DNA of 64,000 nucleotides. It comes from Candidatus Heimdallarchaeota archaeon. Its GTDB lineage: Archaea > Asgardarchaeota > Heimdallarchaeia > Hodarchaeales > Hodarchaeaceae. The stretch lies in the NCBI GenBank assembly GCA_011364965.1, contig RDOB01000002.1:64001-128000 (forward strand), written 5' to 3'. Below the pieces are notes generated by a model, which searched no databases, was not told the DNA's origin, and worked only from the letters and a program-made list of their open reading frames with translations. This document shows, in pieces, positions 36,637-46,426 of this stretch (positions are counted from its first letter, which is position 1; every line of letters begins with the position of its first letter). Both the position numbers and the translations under genes were made by a program.

Positions 36637-39522
36637 ATGTCAGACATTGAATATAATCCCGTTGTTTGGGTAAGTTTAGCTTCTGTTTCAGGTCTCAGCT
36701 TAATTAGCCTTGGACAACCTGGTTTACGAACCGATCTGGATGAACAGGTATATACTGGGGGTTTAACAGCAGTTCAAGCGATGCTTGGAGGTGAAGTGGG
36801 AGGTGACACCGATCGATTTGTTGGAGGGAGTCACAGTAATCGAACTGGAAGGTTTTTGGTACGAAATGATAAAGGAGGAGAACTTGTAGGGCAAGTCCTA
36901 CTCATTTCAGCACAAAATCTGCCTGTAGCAAATGAGTTATTTGATCATTACGAAGTATTAGTAACAAATTTCGCTGATAGAACCCTCAATTCTGAACTTT
37001 ATACTCGCATAGAGCGTGAGTTTCGCACCCTTGGTGTAAATGATGTATTGGATATATTTTTTGAAAGCATAAAAGACGCTCGAAAGAAAAAATCAATAAA
37101 TCTTAATGGTAGTCTATTTTCTGAAGCTTTAACAAAATCCACAGTAAAGTCCGTTAATGATTTTGAGTATTCCTCCACATTAGTAAAAATAGCAGAGTTT
37201 AAAGGAAAATATAATGAGCTTAGTCGAACCGTTAAGGAAGAACGTGATCAGCTTTTACAAGAGTTTACGGTCGATATTCTTGAGCTTCTTACAAGTGATC
37301 ATCCTCATGCGCTTGTTATGTACCCAAAGCTTAGTTCACTGAAGAAGGATTTATATAAACTAGTAAGAAGCGAGGTAAGCAATCTAGAAGTGACTCCAGC
37401 ACTGAAGGAAATAATTCAAGACTTTGAAGAGAATGATTTGGTACGAGTTCTTGCAGATTTCGCTTTACATGAAGTAAATAAAGCTAATCTGAGAAAAAGA
37501 TTAGAATTGGAAATCTTCAAGAAATTTCAGAAGGAATTCCCACTCTTATTCCTTGTTGATCCTGAAATCTCTGGATTTAAAGAAGCGATAGAAAATCTAA
37601 CAGTTAAGATTAATGAAAATTATGATCTAGCTGGAACATTGACGCGCTTAACACATAATTTAATGAAAGGCCGCGAGGCGGAAGAAGCCCTAATATCGCC
37701 ATTTATCCGACATTTCTGCGAACAGTTTTCAACAGGTCTAACTCTTTCAGCGTGGAAATATATGCAAATAATTTTCGCCTTAATGACGGGAGATTCCAAT
37801 ATTGATGTAGCAGACCTCCTACCAAACATAAAGGACGAAATTCCCGAATCTCACTTTAAAATTCTAGAACGAATGATGACCAAATATAAGATAACAAAAA
37901 TTGACCCAGTTTCTTTCAATGTAAAAACCGCTACGGATATTTTACCTTTCTATCGTGCTTTATTATCATCTTTAGGTTTTGGAATAAATACATTAATTTC
38001 AGATATCGCTTTGAGTGAAAATAATCCAAATAATCTCTTAAGGCATACAGTTAGAAATTTTAAAGATTTCTCTGTAATAATCTTCAATACTTATGCCATA
38101 TTTGAAGTTTATTTATTCCTTGAATCTGTTAGATCTAAGTTTAAATCAAGTTTGACCTTCCCCCATCTGAGTGACTTTGAAACAAATTTTGATTTGAGTA
38201 CAATGGATCCAGAAATTTTATTGAAGGCTCTTATTAGTGCTAACATTACGAATCAAGGGAAAGAGCACGATTTGGTTAAAATGAAGGTAACGGAATTTGA
38301 CACAGCCTTTAAAGATCGAATAAAGGACATAGAGAGATTTCTAAATAAATCCCCTCGGACAATTTCAACTGGATATAAGTTTGATTCAACGGAAGTTAGT
38401 AAATTAAATTTCTCAAATAACATCTCTCCTTCAGTAAAAGAAGATGTGGAGGCTCTGATCTCAGAATATGAAAAAATAAAATCGCAAATAACTTCTGATC
38501 TAGATAATATGCAGTTAATGGCAAAAGCTTTTACTGAGGGGGAAAAAGATGAGAAGAAATTAAATTCAACGTTAAAAGATACAAAATTTTTATCCAAATC
38601 TGAGCAGAATATAGAAAAAGCGATATCAAAGTTATTAGATAATATTGATAAGAAATATTCCAGTTTTCCTGCAGATGTTGAGAAACAGTTAAAAGGATAT
38701 GAGAAAGAAATCACAAAACGTTATTATAGATCTTGTCAATTTCTTAATATTGATCGAAAAGCTTTTCAAAAACAAAATAAAGATTCTTTACCTAAATCCT
38801 CCGGAATTCGAAATGATATTCAATCTTCAATAAATCAAATCATGAAAAAGAACTCCCTTTTTACATTCGATGATTTAGGTTACAATTACTTCTATGCAAG
38901 AAATCGGTTTTTACCCCTTAATCTCGAAACAGAAGTCACTAATGCAATAATACATAAAAAATCCTTGCCCTTTTTAAGGGAAGCATTAGATTCCATGAAA
39001 GAAGATGAAAATTTAACTTTATATAAAGCCTACGCTGAAATTATGGAAAATTATGCAAAATCTCTTCTTTCAGAACTTTTAGGAGAAGTAACTATAAGAA
39101 TGGGGAAAAATTTTCTACGATCTGATCCCGATGTATATTTTATTGAACGTGAACAAATTCCCATCCCCACAATGGAACTAGGAGTATTAACTTCACCTGA
39201 GGCAATGGATTCTCTTCGGAATATTCTTGGCCAAAATGTTGCAGTTGAATCAGAAACTGTTGATAATAACAATATATTCCATGTATCTGCTGTTATTCCG
39301 AGCTTTAATTGCAAATTCAGTGATTTAAAAAAGGTTTGGAAAAATAGAGAATGGACTCTTCGGAAAGTTTTACTATTATTAAGCTGGTACTCCTTACTTT
39401 ATGATACAAATCTTCTTTATACTAATGTTCTGAGATATTCAGCTCAATTCTACTCTGAACATGTAAAAGAGTCTGTTGATGATATTATCTATCAGATATC
39501 GAAGTATCTCACATCTACCTGA
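36637..39522 (+). CDS. Large helical protein with probable N-terminal longin-like domain
   Basis: 'VWVSLASVSGLSLI...DLDEQVYTGGLTAVQAMLGGEVG' matches the Asgard longin pattern (sGl.l...D.ql.sG.ltAi); ~800 aa helical/coiled remainder. Confidence 0.6.
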   Translation: MSDIEYNPVVWVSLASVSGLSLISLGQPGLRTDLDEQVYTGGLTAVQAMLGGEVGGDTDRFVGGSHSNRTGRFLVRNDKGGELVGQVLLISAQNLPVANELFDHYEVLVTNFADRTLNSELYTRIEREFRTLGVNDVLDIFFESIKDARKKKSINLNGSLFSEALTKSTVKSVNDFEYSSTLVKIAEFKGKYNELSRTVKEERDQLLQEFTVDILELLTSDHPHALVMYPKLSSLKKDLYKLVRSEVSNLEVTPALKEIIQDFEENDLVRVLADFALHEVNKANLRKRLELEIFKKFQKEFPLLFLVDPEISGFKEAIENLTVKINENYDLAGTLTRLTHNLMKGREAEEALISPFIRHFCEQFSTGLTLSAWKYMQIIFALMTGDSNIDVADLLPNIKDEIPESHFKILERMMTKYKITKIDPVSFNVKTATDILPFYRALLSSLGFGINTLISDIALSENNPNNLLRHTVRNFKDFSVIIFNTYAIFEVYLFLESVRSKFKSSLTFPHLSDFETNFDLSTMDPEILLKALISANITNQGKEHDLVKMKVTEFDTAFKDRIKDIERFLNKSPRTISTGYKFDSTEVSKLNFSNNISPSVKEDVEALISEYEKIKSQITSDLDNMQLMAKAFTEGEKDEKKLNSTLKDTKFLSKSEQNIEKAISKLLDNIDKKYSSFPADVEKQLKGYEKEITKRYYRSCQFLNIDRKAFQKQNKDSLPKSSGIRNDIQSSINQIMKKNSLFTFDDLGYNYFYARNRFLPLNLETEVTNAIIHKKSLPFLREALDSMKEDENLTLYKAYAEIMENYAKSLLSELLGEVTIRMGKNFLRSDPDVYFIEREQIPIPTMELGVLTSPEAMDSLRNILGQNVAVESETVDNNNIFHVSAVIPSFNCKFSDLKKVWKNREWTLRKVLLLLSWYSLLYDTNLLYTNVLRYSAQFYSEHVKESVDDIIYQISKYLTST

Positions 39523-39538
39523 CGGATTTTTAAGTTAA

Positions 39539-40159
39539 ATGAATAGTAAAAAACCATTCAAGATTCTAAAAGAATCTGAAGTATATCCTCCCAGTGAAGA
39601 TTCATGGTTTTTCGCAGATGTGTTGTTAGAAGAAGTTCGTGGATTATCATTTTCAAAAGTATATTTTATTTGTGAGATTGGAACAGGTACAGGATACATA
39701 TCGGCGAAACTATTGTCTCACTTCGCTGATATCAGAATTCTTGGGATTGATTTATCGTGGTCTGCTGTGAAGTCAACAAGAGAATGTTTTGGAAAGTATG
39801 CAGCTTCTAGGTCTGATCTAATCTGTGGAAATCTGCTTTGTCCTTTGAATTCTCGAAAAGCTGTTTTTGATATCATATTTTTTAACCCCCCTTATGTTAG
39901 AACAGATATACATGAATATAAGAGTCCTAGTACTGAATTAGTACGTACCTGGGCGGGAGGACCAGATGGAACTTTTATGATTCGTGATTTTTTAACAAAA
40001 TTACTAGAATTTCGATTTGAAATTGCATATTTTCTAAGTTCATCATTAAATGACAATGATAAGCTAATAGCTGATTTTCCTCTTCTAGATTTTGATTTGA
40101 TTGCAGAACGACACGTAGCGGATGAAACATTGATAATTTACGGAATACATTCCAAATAA
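39539..40159 (+). CDS. HemK2/Mtq2-like N5-glutamine methyltransferase
   Basis: VYPPSEDS, EIGTGTG, GIDL, FNPPY, WAGGPDG. Confidence 0.88.
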   Translation: MNSKKPFKILKESEVYPPSEDSWFFADVLLEEVRGLSFSKVYFICEIGTGTGYISAKLLSHFADIRILGIDLSWSAVKSTRECFGKYAASRSDLICGNLLCPLNSRKAVFDIIFFNPPYVRTDIHEYKSPSTELVRTWAGGPDGTFMIRDFLTKLLEFRFEIAYFLSSSLNDNDKLIADFPLLDFDLIAERHVADETLIIYGIHSK

Positions 40160-40171
40160 TTTGAAATCTCT

Positions 40172-40879
40172 TTATCTTTCTAAATAATCAATCAAACTTC
40201 TCATTGATATTTCAGGCTTTTCCAAATAGAGAAGAATACGATCATCTTCTTGGCTTATTTCTTCTACTGAAAATATTTTCTGTTTTGAATCTTCTCTTAA
40301 GACACCTAAGACTCTAATGTTAGGAATTTTAATTTCTTCCACTGATTTATTAATTAAATTCTTGGGTACTGGAATTGCTATAACTGGTGGTTTTGATAAT
40401 TGAAGATTCATTCTGTTATATAGGGCATTAACAATTTGGTTTAGATTGTCAACTATAATGATTTGCCCCTGTTTTTGGTTTGCTAGATATTGAACAAAGG
40501 GTGGAGCAAATTGTGCTAATAAAATAACTTTTAGATCCTGTCGAGGAAGGAATGAAAAAATATTTTGAATTACTATTGGATCCTCGTGGAGGATTATAAC
40601 CTTTTCAGCATTCTGAAAACCTATTGTCTCATATAAATTTCGTTTTCCATATTCCTCTTTTTCTTCCTCATAAAGGACGTTAATCTTATCCTTAACTTCT
40701 TCAATCCAAGCTAATTTTTTATCAGAGATGAGGGCAAACTTGGTTTCCGCACCAATTGAAATAATTTGTTCAATGAATGCTTCTGCAAAAATATTGCTTC
40801 CAAAAACGAAGATATTGCTTTCTTGTTCTTCTGCTTTTTCAGCAAATTTTCTAATTCGTCGTCTTTTAAAGAAACTCAT
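40172..40879 (-). CDS. Stand-alone degenerate RCK (TrkA-N/C) protein
   Basis: IFVFGSN, 'LYETIGFQNAEKVIIL', TrkA-C-like 'LINKSVEEI..IRVLGVLR...DDRILL'; paralogous to the C-terminal part of the upstream gene. Confidence 0.65.
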   Translation of the reverse strand: MSFFKRRRIRKFAEKAEEQESNIFVFGSNIFAEAFIEQIISIGAETKFALISDKKLAWIEEVKDKINVLYEEEKEEYGKRNLYETIGFQNAEKVIILHEDPIVIQNIFSFLPRQDLKVILLAQFAPPFVQYLANQKQGQIIIVDNLNQIVNALYNRMNLQLSKPPVIAIPVPKNLINKSVEEIKIPNIRVLGVLREDSKQKIFSVEEISQEDDRILLYLEKPEISMRSLIDYLER

Positions 40880-42090
40880 TAAATTTCCTCACCTTTGTCT
40901 ACTATTGCGATAATGGAGTTTTCTGCTGTTTTTTTCTCTTTTTTATTTTTCTTCTTGGTTTTAGGATGTGAGGGGAGTTCTGTAACCACACGATTTGTTA
41001 GTTTCATATAATAATTTGTATAGTAGTAGATTAGAACCCGATCTCCTAATTTCAAAGTTTCAGATGGGTTAAGAAAGTCCTCTCCTCTTTTTATCATTAA
41101 TACTTTCTGTTTTATTAAATCTGATGTCATAGTTTCTCCTGTATGACCAATATAATTTCTCGGTACATCAATTTCAACAACGGGGGGATATTGAAAATCT
41201 AAACTAAGGGATATAACTAGTCCTTGAATTGTCGTATCAAGATCTTCAATGATTGTCAGGTTTTCATCGTTGACAAGTTCACTAAAAACAAATGCTGGAG
41301 CATATTGTGATAAGAGAATAATCTCCACATCGGGTCTTACTCGTCGAATATTGGTAAGAATATTTTGATTCAATTCCACATTTTCTGTTAAAATCATAAC
41401 TCGACTCGCATTTTTGAATCCAATTATTTCATACAAATTTGGCTTTTCTATCTCCTTCAAATTCTCAACGATATATATATCAATAAGTGATTTTAATTTT
41501 CTAACCCACAATAAATCCACATCTGCTATTAGGGATACTCTTTCTTCATAACCGAATTGATGGACCATCTCAAACAAAAACTGTTCAGCGGGTCGTGATG
41601 TACCAAATATGTACGTTACGTCTTTTCTTGTATTTACTTTATCGCGATATTTCATTATGGGGGATTTAACCATTAATCGAATAATTACAGTTCCAACTCC
41701 TATTAAACCCGCAGCCCATCTAAGAACTGTACCATTGAAAATCCAACCATTTGGTTTTATGAGATTAATATGTAGGTAATCCCATGCGAGGAATGGATCT
41801 CCAGGAATAAGGCCCAAGAGAAATGGGACTCCCCAAATTAATAATATCAGGAATACTGCAAGAATGGCTCCTATCATTAAAAATAGAATGAATAGATCTT
41901 GTAAAGGAAGAAAATACTTTAGCTCACGAATCACAACTCTAAATACAAATCTAATATTTGCATTAATAGTTGTTAAATTAAAATTTAGTTGACGTAAGTT
42001 ATCTTTCAATGTTCTTTTTGGGAGTTTCTTCTTTCCCTCTTGTTTCTTATCTATTGTTTCACCATAAGAGATGGATTCAACTTCATTCAT
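40879..42090 (-). CDS. Membrane protein with RCK domains (MthK-like layout, no GYG filter)
   Basis: Two hydrophobic helices, then TYIFGTS, 'LYEIIGFKNASRVMIL', 'YIGHTG...VLMIKRG....P...LKLGDRVLI'. Confidence 0.65.
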   Translation of the reverse strand: MNEVESISYGETIDKKQEGKKKLPKRTLKDNLRQLNFNLTTINANIRFVFRVVIRELKYFLPLQDLFILFLMIGAILAVFLILLIWGVPFLLGLIPGDPFLAWDYLHINLIKPNGWIFNGTVLRWAAGLIGVGTVIIRLMVKSPIMKYRDKVNTRKDVTYIFGTSRPAEQFLFEMVHQFGYEERVSLIADVDLLWVRKLKSLIDIYIVENLKEIEKPNLYEIIGFKNASRVMILTENVELNQNILTNIRRVRPDVEIILLSQYAPAFVFSELVNDENLTIIEDLDTTIQGLVISLSLDFQYPPVVEIDVPRNYIGHTGETMTSDLIKQKVLMIKRGEDFLNPSETLKLGDRVLIYYYTNYYMKLTNRVVTELPSHPKTKKKNKKEKKTAENSIIAIVDKGEEI

Positions 42091-42278
42091 GTTGATACGT
42101 CCTTTAATGTTTCAATAGTTTTCCGAGGCGTTGAAACATTATTTACATGTGAAATTTTTTCCTATTATACTAGGATTTATTACTGATTGAGGAATTAGAC
42201 ATCAATTAAAAATTTTGGCTATTAATGAAATAAATTATCATGTAGAATTTCTTGCAAAAAACAAATCTCTTGTATCCT

Positions 42279-42458
42279 TTAATCGGTTTCGCGGACTAAG
42301 GCGGGAGAATTTCCAGCTCCCCATTCTAATTCACGCTTCAACAGATCGCGAATAGCAATTCGTATCGCTTCTGAACGGCTGCTATATACTCCAGCTCTAA
42401 CTAATTCATCTAGTCCCTCTAAGTAAGTACTCGGAGCTTTAAAAGATATTAATTTCAT
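42279..42458 (-). CDS. Ribbon-helix-helix regulator (CdrS/CopG-like), 59 aa, missing from the ORF track
   Basis: Manual translation MKLISFKAPSTYLEGLDELVRAGVYSSRSEAIRIAIRDLLKRELEWGAGNSPALVRETD; hallmark 'LDELV..G.Y.SRSEAIR.AIRDLL'. Confidence 0.88.
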   Translation of the reverse strand: MKLISFKAPSTYLEGLDELVRAGVYSSRSEAIRIAIRDLLKRELEWGAGNSPALVRETD

Positions 42459-43005
42459 ATATCACACGCTCATGACTTTCTATGGTTGATTTTTGGCAGG
42501 TAACCCCTTTAGCATCACATTCTAAGTTTTGGAATGTTTGGAAAAGGATATGGGTATTCCAAACCAGTTAAATCAGGTTTCATCTGTACTTGCTCTTTGC
42601 TTATATTATTTTGGCCTTTATAAAATATAGATTAAAAATAAATTTAGGTTCAGCAATAGATTGTGATTTTAATCACTTTCTTTTCCTCTTAATTTCTTGC
42701 TTTAATTGTTTTACATTAGGATCGTAAAGAATCCACATTCCTTCGTTTGCTACTGAGAGAGATTTTCGGGAAGTTCAAAAAAAATAGTACAGTCACTAAA
42801 ATTTCATTAAATTGTAGGAAAATATTCCATTCTAAAGGGTATAGTGAGATAATTTCCATAATAGTCCTTTTCTTTGAGGATTTTCCATGCCAAAAAATTG
42901 TAAAATCATGTTACACAGCAAAAGGTACCCTTCAAGCAGTTTTTTTCAGTGAAGAAAAAATGCTATAAAGGAGAGAATTAATTCCCATAAATATGGTGTT
43001 TTTGT

Positions 43006-43407
43006 ATGCCAGGTACATTTGAACGAATTAATGAAGAGATGTCACAATCACAAAAAAATCTTGATCAGGCATCCGATATTGCTCAGAATCTCTCTGAAAA
43101 GATATCCCAGTTACTTACAGAAAAAGCAAAAATTCAAACTCTAGCTAACGAGCTATCCAACAAAAATAAAGAACTAGAAGATCAAGTGAATAAGTTAAAA
43201 TCGAAATTAGCTGACGAGAAAGATAAATTTGAGAAAGAAACAGCTACTAGTGAAAATAAAATCGTTTCTCTTGAAAGAGAGCTGAGTTTATTGAGAGACG
43301 ACAAGGAGAAGCTTGAAAGGAAAGTAAAAGATAAGGATGAGAGAATAAAAACGCTTGAATCTCAAAAAGAGGAATTAACTAACGTTTTGAGGCAGAAAGA
43401 GTTTTAA
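43006..43407 (+). CDS. Pure coiled-coil protein
   Basis: 133 aa of uninterrupted heptads, K/E/L-rich; GGTG RBS. Confidence 0.8.
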   Translation: MPGTFERINEEMSQSQKNLDQASDIAQNLSEKISQLLTEKAKIQTLANELSNKNKELEDQVNKLKSKLADEKDKFEKETATSENKIVSLERELSLLRDDKEKLERKVKDKDERIKTLESQKEELTNVLRQKEF

Positions 43408-43428
43408 ACGCCTTTAGGACGAGTTAAC

Positions 43429-44166
43429 GTGAGGATTGCATTCATTTCCGACATTCATGGAAATTTAGAAGCACTCAAGGCTGTTATAGAGGATATAGAT
43501 CAGACTCGATCTGTAGATTATATTTATTGCAATGGAGATATTGTTGGATATTATCCTAATCCTGTAGAGTGTATTGATATCATAAAAGAACGATGTGAAT
43601 ACACCATTCAGGGAAATCATGACGCTGCAATCACCACTCGAAATTTTTCAAAGAGAATTGAATGGTTCAATCCAATTGCAGCGAAAGCGTTGACATGGAC
43701 ACGGAATCGACTTTTGAAACCTGATGCAGATGTCCAGTTTCAATTTTTGAAATCCTTAAAACCTAGAAAGGAATTTCAATTGGAAAACAGACAGGTTTTG
43801 CTAGCTCACGGGACACCAGAGAAAAAATGGGAATATTTTCTCTATCCGTACTGGATTGATGAACCGTTGCTTGAACAGAAAGTTCGTATAAGTCAATGGT
43901 TAAAAAAATGGGATCTCGTTGTTTTAGGACATACACATTGGGCATTTTATTATAAAAATCGCGGAAAAATTACGTTAAATCCCGGTAGTGTTGGCCAACC
44001 GCGAGATGAAGATTCAAGAGCAAGCTATGCAATCGTAGATTTCACTAAAACAACAATGAAGCCACAAATAATCCGATTAAAATATGATATCTCAAAAACT
44101 TGTAGTGCTCTCTCATCAACTAATTTACCTGAAATTCTATGTGAACGACTTTATTTGGGAAAATAA
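43429..44166 (+). CDS. Calcineurin-like metallophosphoesterase (YfcE/MJ0936 family)
   Basis: SDIHGN, GDIVGY, GNHD, HG, GHTH, NPGSVGQPRD. Confidence 0.93.
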   Translation: MRIAFISDIHGNLEALKAVIEDIDQTRSVDYIYCNGDIVGYYPNPVECIDIIKERCEYTIQGNHDAAITTRNFSKRIEWFNPIAAKALTWTRNRLLKPDADVQFQFLKSLKPRKEFQLENRQVLLAHGTPEKKWEYFLYPYWIDEPLLEQKVRISQWLKKWDLVVLGHTHWAFYYKNRGKITLNPGSVGQPRDEDSRASYAIVDFTKTTMKPQIIRLKYDISKTCSALSSTNLPEILCERLYLGK

Positions 44167-44426
44167 TCCCTTTTTATGATTTATTTCATACCAAATTAAT
44201 GAAAAAACAATTTTTCATAATCTTTCCCCATCTCTAATAAACTGGTTAATATTTAAGGGTTGGGAGTAAAATAAATCAATACTGAAAGGTTTTAATTCTT
44301 AAGAAAAAGTTTAAATAAACTCAAATTGCTAGTCTAATTAAGGTAAATTTAGTTCTTACACCTTATTGTTTATATTAAACAATTAAATCAGCAGAAAAAA
44401 TTTTTTAAAATTTTCGGTGTTCAATT

Positions 44427-46421
44427 TTGTCTTCAGAATATGGTGCAAGCTCAATTCAAGTACTTGAGGGGCTCGAAGCTGTTCGACGGCGTCCTGCCAT
44501 GTATATTGGCAGCATTGATGATTACGGTCTACATCACTTAGTTTGGGAGATCGTTGACAATTCAATCGATGAAGCTATGGCAGGTTTCTGTGATAGAATC
44601 AAAGTAATTCTTGGTCAGACTGAACGAGGACTTGAATCTGTTACAGTTCAAGATAATGGGCGTGGAATTCCTACTGAACCACATCCTCATTATAATATGT
44701 CATCCTTGGAATTGGTTACAACTCGACTTCACTCTGGAGGGAAATTCGATCATTCCTCTTATAAAGTAAGTGGAGGATTGCATGGGGTTGGAATTGCGGT
44801 TGTTAATGCATTATCCAGTTGGATGCAAGTAAAAGTAAAAAGAAATGGTAAAATTTTAATGCAAGAATACGTCCGTGGTGAAACTATTTCTCATGGTTTA
44901 ATCGAAGTGAAGGAAAACTGGGATTACAAGAGTGGTACACATACAACTTTCATCCCAGATCCTGATATATTTGAGACAGTACATTTTGATATAAACCCTA
45001 TTCGAAATCGTCTTAGAGAATTAGCTTTTCTTAATAAAGGCCTCACTATAACTCTTATTGATGAAAGAAAACCTAGAGATGATGATAAGGAGGAATCGAA
45101 ATCAGATATTCCTGATGAAGTTACTGAAGAAACTGAAAAACAAAACCGATGGATTTTTCACTATGATGGAGGAATAAAAGCTTATGTAGAACAGCTCGCC
45201 ACGAATCGCTTACATGAAGACTTACCTTATTTTGATGAGACAATAGAAACTACACAAGTTGAAGTTTCTCTTGCATACGATAATTCCGAACGCGATCTAA
45301 TCTATACATTTACAAATAACATTAATACACGTCATGGGGGAACTCATTTATCTGGATTTAAATCGGGTTTAACAAGAGCGATTAATTCTTATGCTTTGAA
45401 AAATGACCAATTAGTTAAAAATTCTCATTTAAAAAAGGAGCTTAAAGATAAAAGAAGTATATTTACTGGGAATGATGTTAGAGAGGGATTAGTTGCTGTT
45501 GTTTCTGTCAAAGTAATAAATCCACAATTTGAAGGACAAACTAAAACTAAGTTAGGAAATAGTGAAGTGAAAGGAGCAGTAGAAAGCTGTTCCTATGAGA
45601 ATATCTTGAAATTCCTTGAAGAACATCCATTAAGCGCTAAAGCAATAATCGAAAAATGCGAAGCTGCAGCTACATTAAGAATGAAGTATCGACAACTTCG
45701 TGATGCGGTACGAAAAACTCAAGTTAAAGGTACTGGGAAATTAGTTGATTGTGCTGTTACTGATCCTGCTCAAAGAGAGTTATTTTTAGTGGAGGGCGAT
45801 TCTGCTGGAGGAAGCGCAATTGAAGGCCGATTTAGCGAGTTTCAAGCGATCCTTCCTCTTCGTGGAAAAGTAATTAATGTAGAAAAAGCTAGATTAGAGA
45901 AAGCGATGAGAAATAAAGAAATTTTGGAAATTATTCGCGCGGTGGGAGGAGGATATAGGGAAAATTTTCAAATAGAAAATGTACGTTATCATAAAGTGAT
46001 TTTATTGATGGATGCGGATATTGATGGTCATCATATTGTTTGTTTATTACTTACATTTTTCTTCCGTTATATGCCCGAGCTTATTGACGAAGGTTATTTG
46101 TACATCGCTCAACCTCCATTATTCCGACTGAAAAAGGGAAATAAAGAAGTATATGTGCTTTCAGAGAAAGAAAAAAATGAAATCACAACAGAATGGGGAA
46201 GTAGGGTTGAAATTAGTCGATTCAAGGGACTCGGAGAAATGAATCCTATTCAATTAAGAAATACTGTAATGGATCCCAGTAATCGAACTCTTCTCCAAGT
46301 TACTAGGGAAAATATCATTGACGCAGAACACATATTTAAAACATTAATGGGCGATGAAGTTGCACCTAGAAGGGAGTTCATCGAATCACATGCCTTAGAG
46401 GCGGAAAATCTAGACTTTTAA
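44427..46421 (+). CDS. gyrB: DNA gyrase subunit B
   Basis: LEAVRRRPAMYIG, EIVDNSIDE, DNGRGIP, GGLHGVG, PQFEGQTK, EGDSAGG, PLRGK, DADIDG, RFKGLGEM. Confidence 0.97.
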   Translation: MSSEYGASSIQVLEGLEAVRRRPAMYIGSIDDYGLHHLVWEIVDNSIDEAMAGFCDRIKVILGQTERGLESVTVQDNGRGIPTEPHPHYNMSSLELVTTRLHSGGKFDHSSYKVSGGLHGVGIAVVNALSSWMQVKVKRNGKILMQEYVRGETISHGLIEVKENWDYKSGTHTTFIPDPDIFETVHFDINPIRNRLRELAFLNKGLTITLIDERKPRDDDKEESKSDIPDEVTEETEKQNRWIFHYDGGIKAYVEQLATNRLHEDLPYFDETIETTQVEVSLAYDNSERDLIYTFTNNINTRHGGTHLSGFKSGLTRAINSYALKNDQLVKNSHLKKELKDKRSIFTGNDVREGLVAVVSVKVINPQFEGQTKTKLGNSEVKGAVESCSYENILKFLEEHPLSAKAIIEKCEAAATLRMKYRQLRDAVRKTQVKGTGKLVDCAVTDPAQRELFLVEGDSAGGSAIEGRFSEFQAILPLRGKVINVEKARLEKAMRNKEILEIIRAVGGGYRENFQIENVRYHKVILLMDADIDGHHIVCLLLTFFFRYMPELIDEGYLYIAQPPLFRLKKGNKEVYVLSEKEKNEITTEWGSRVEISRFKGLGEMNPIQLRNTVMDPSNRTLLQVTRENIIDAEHIFKTLMGDEVAPRREFIESHALEAENLDF

Positions 46422-46426
46422 TAAAA

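Noticed and set aside
42459-43005. Possible replication origin, or the 42747-42968 ORF
   Set aside because: No repeated ORB/G-string motifs and no adjacent cdc6; the ORF has no coding features
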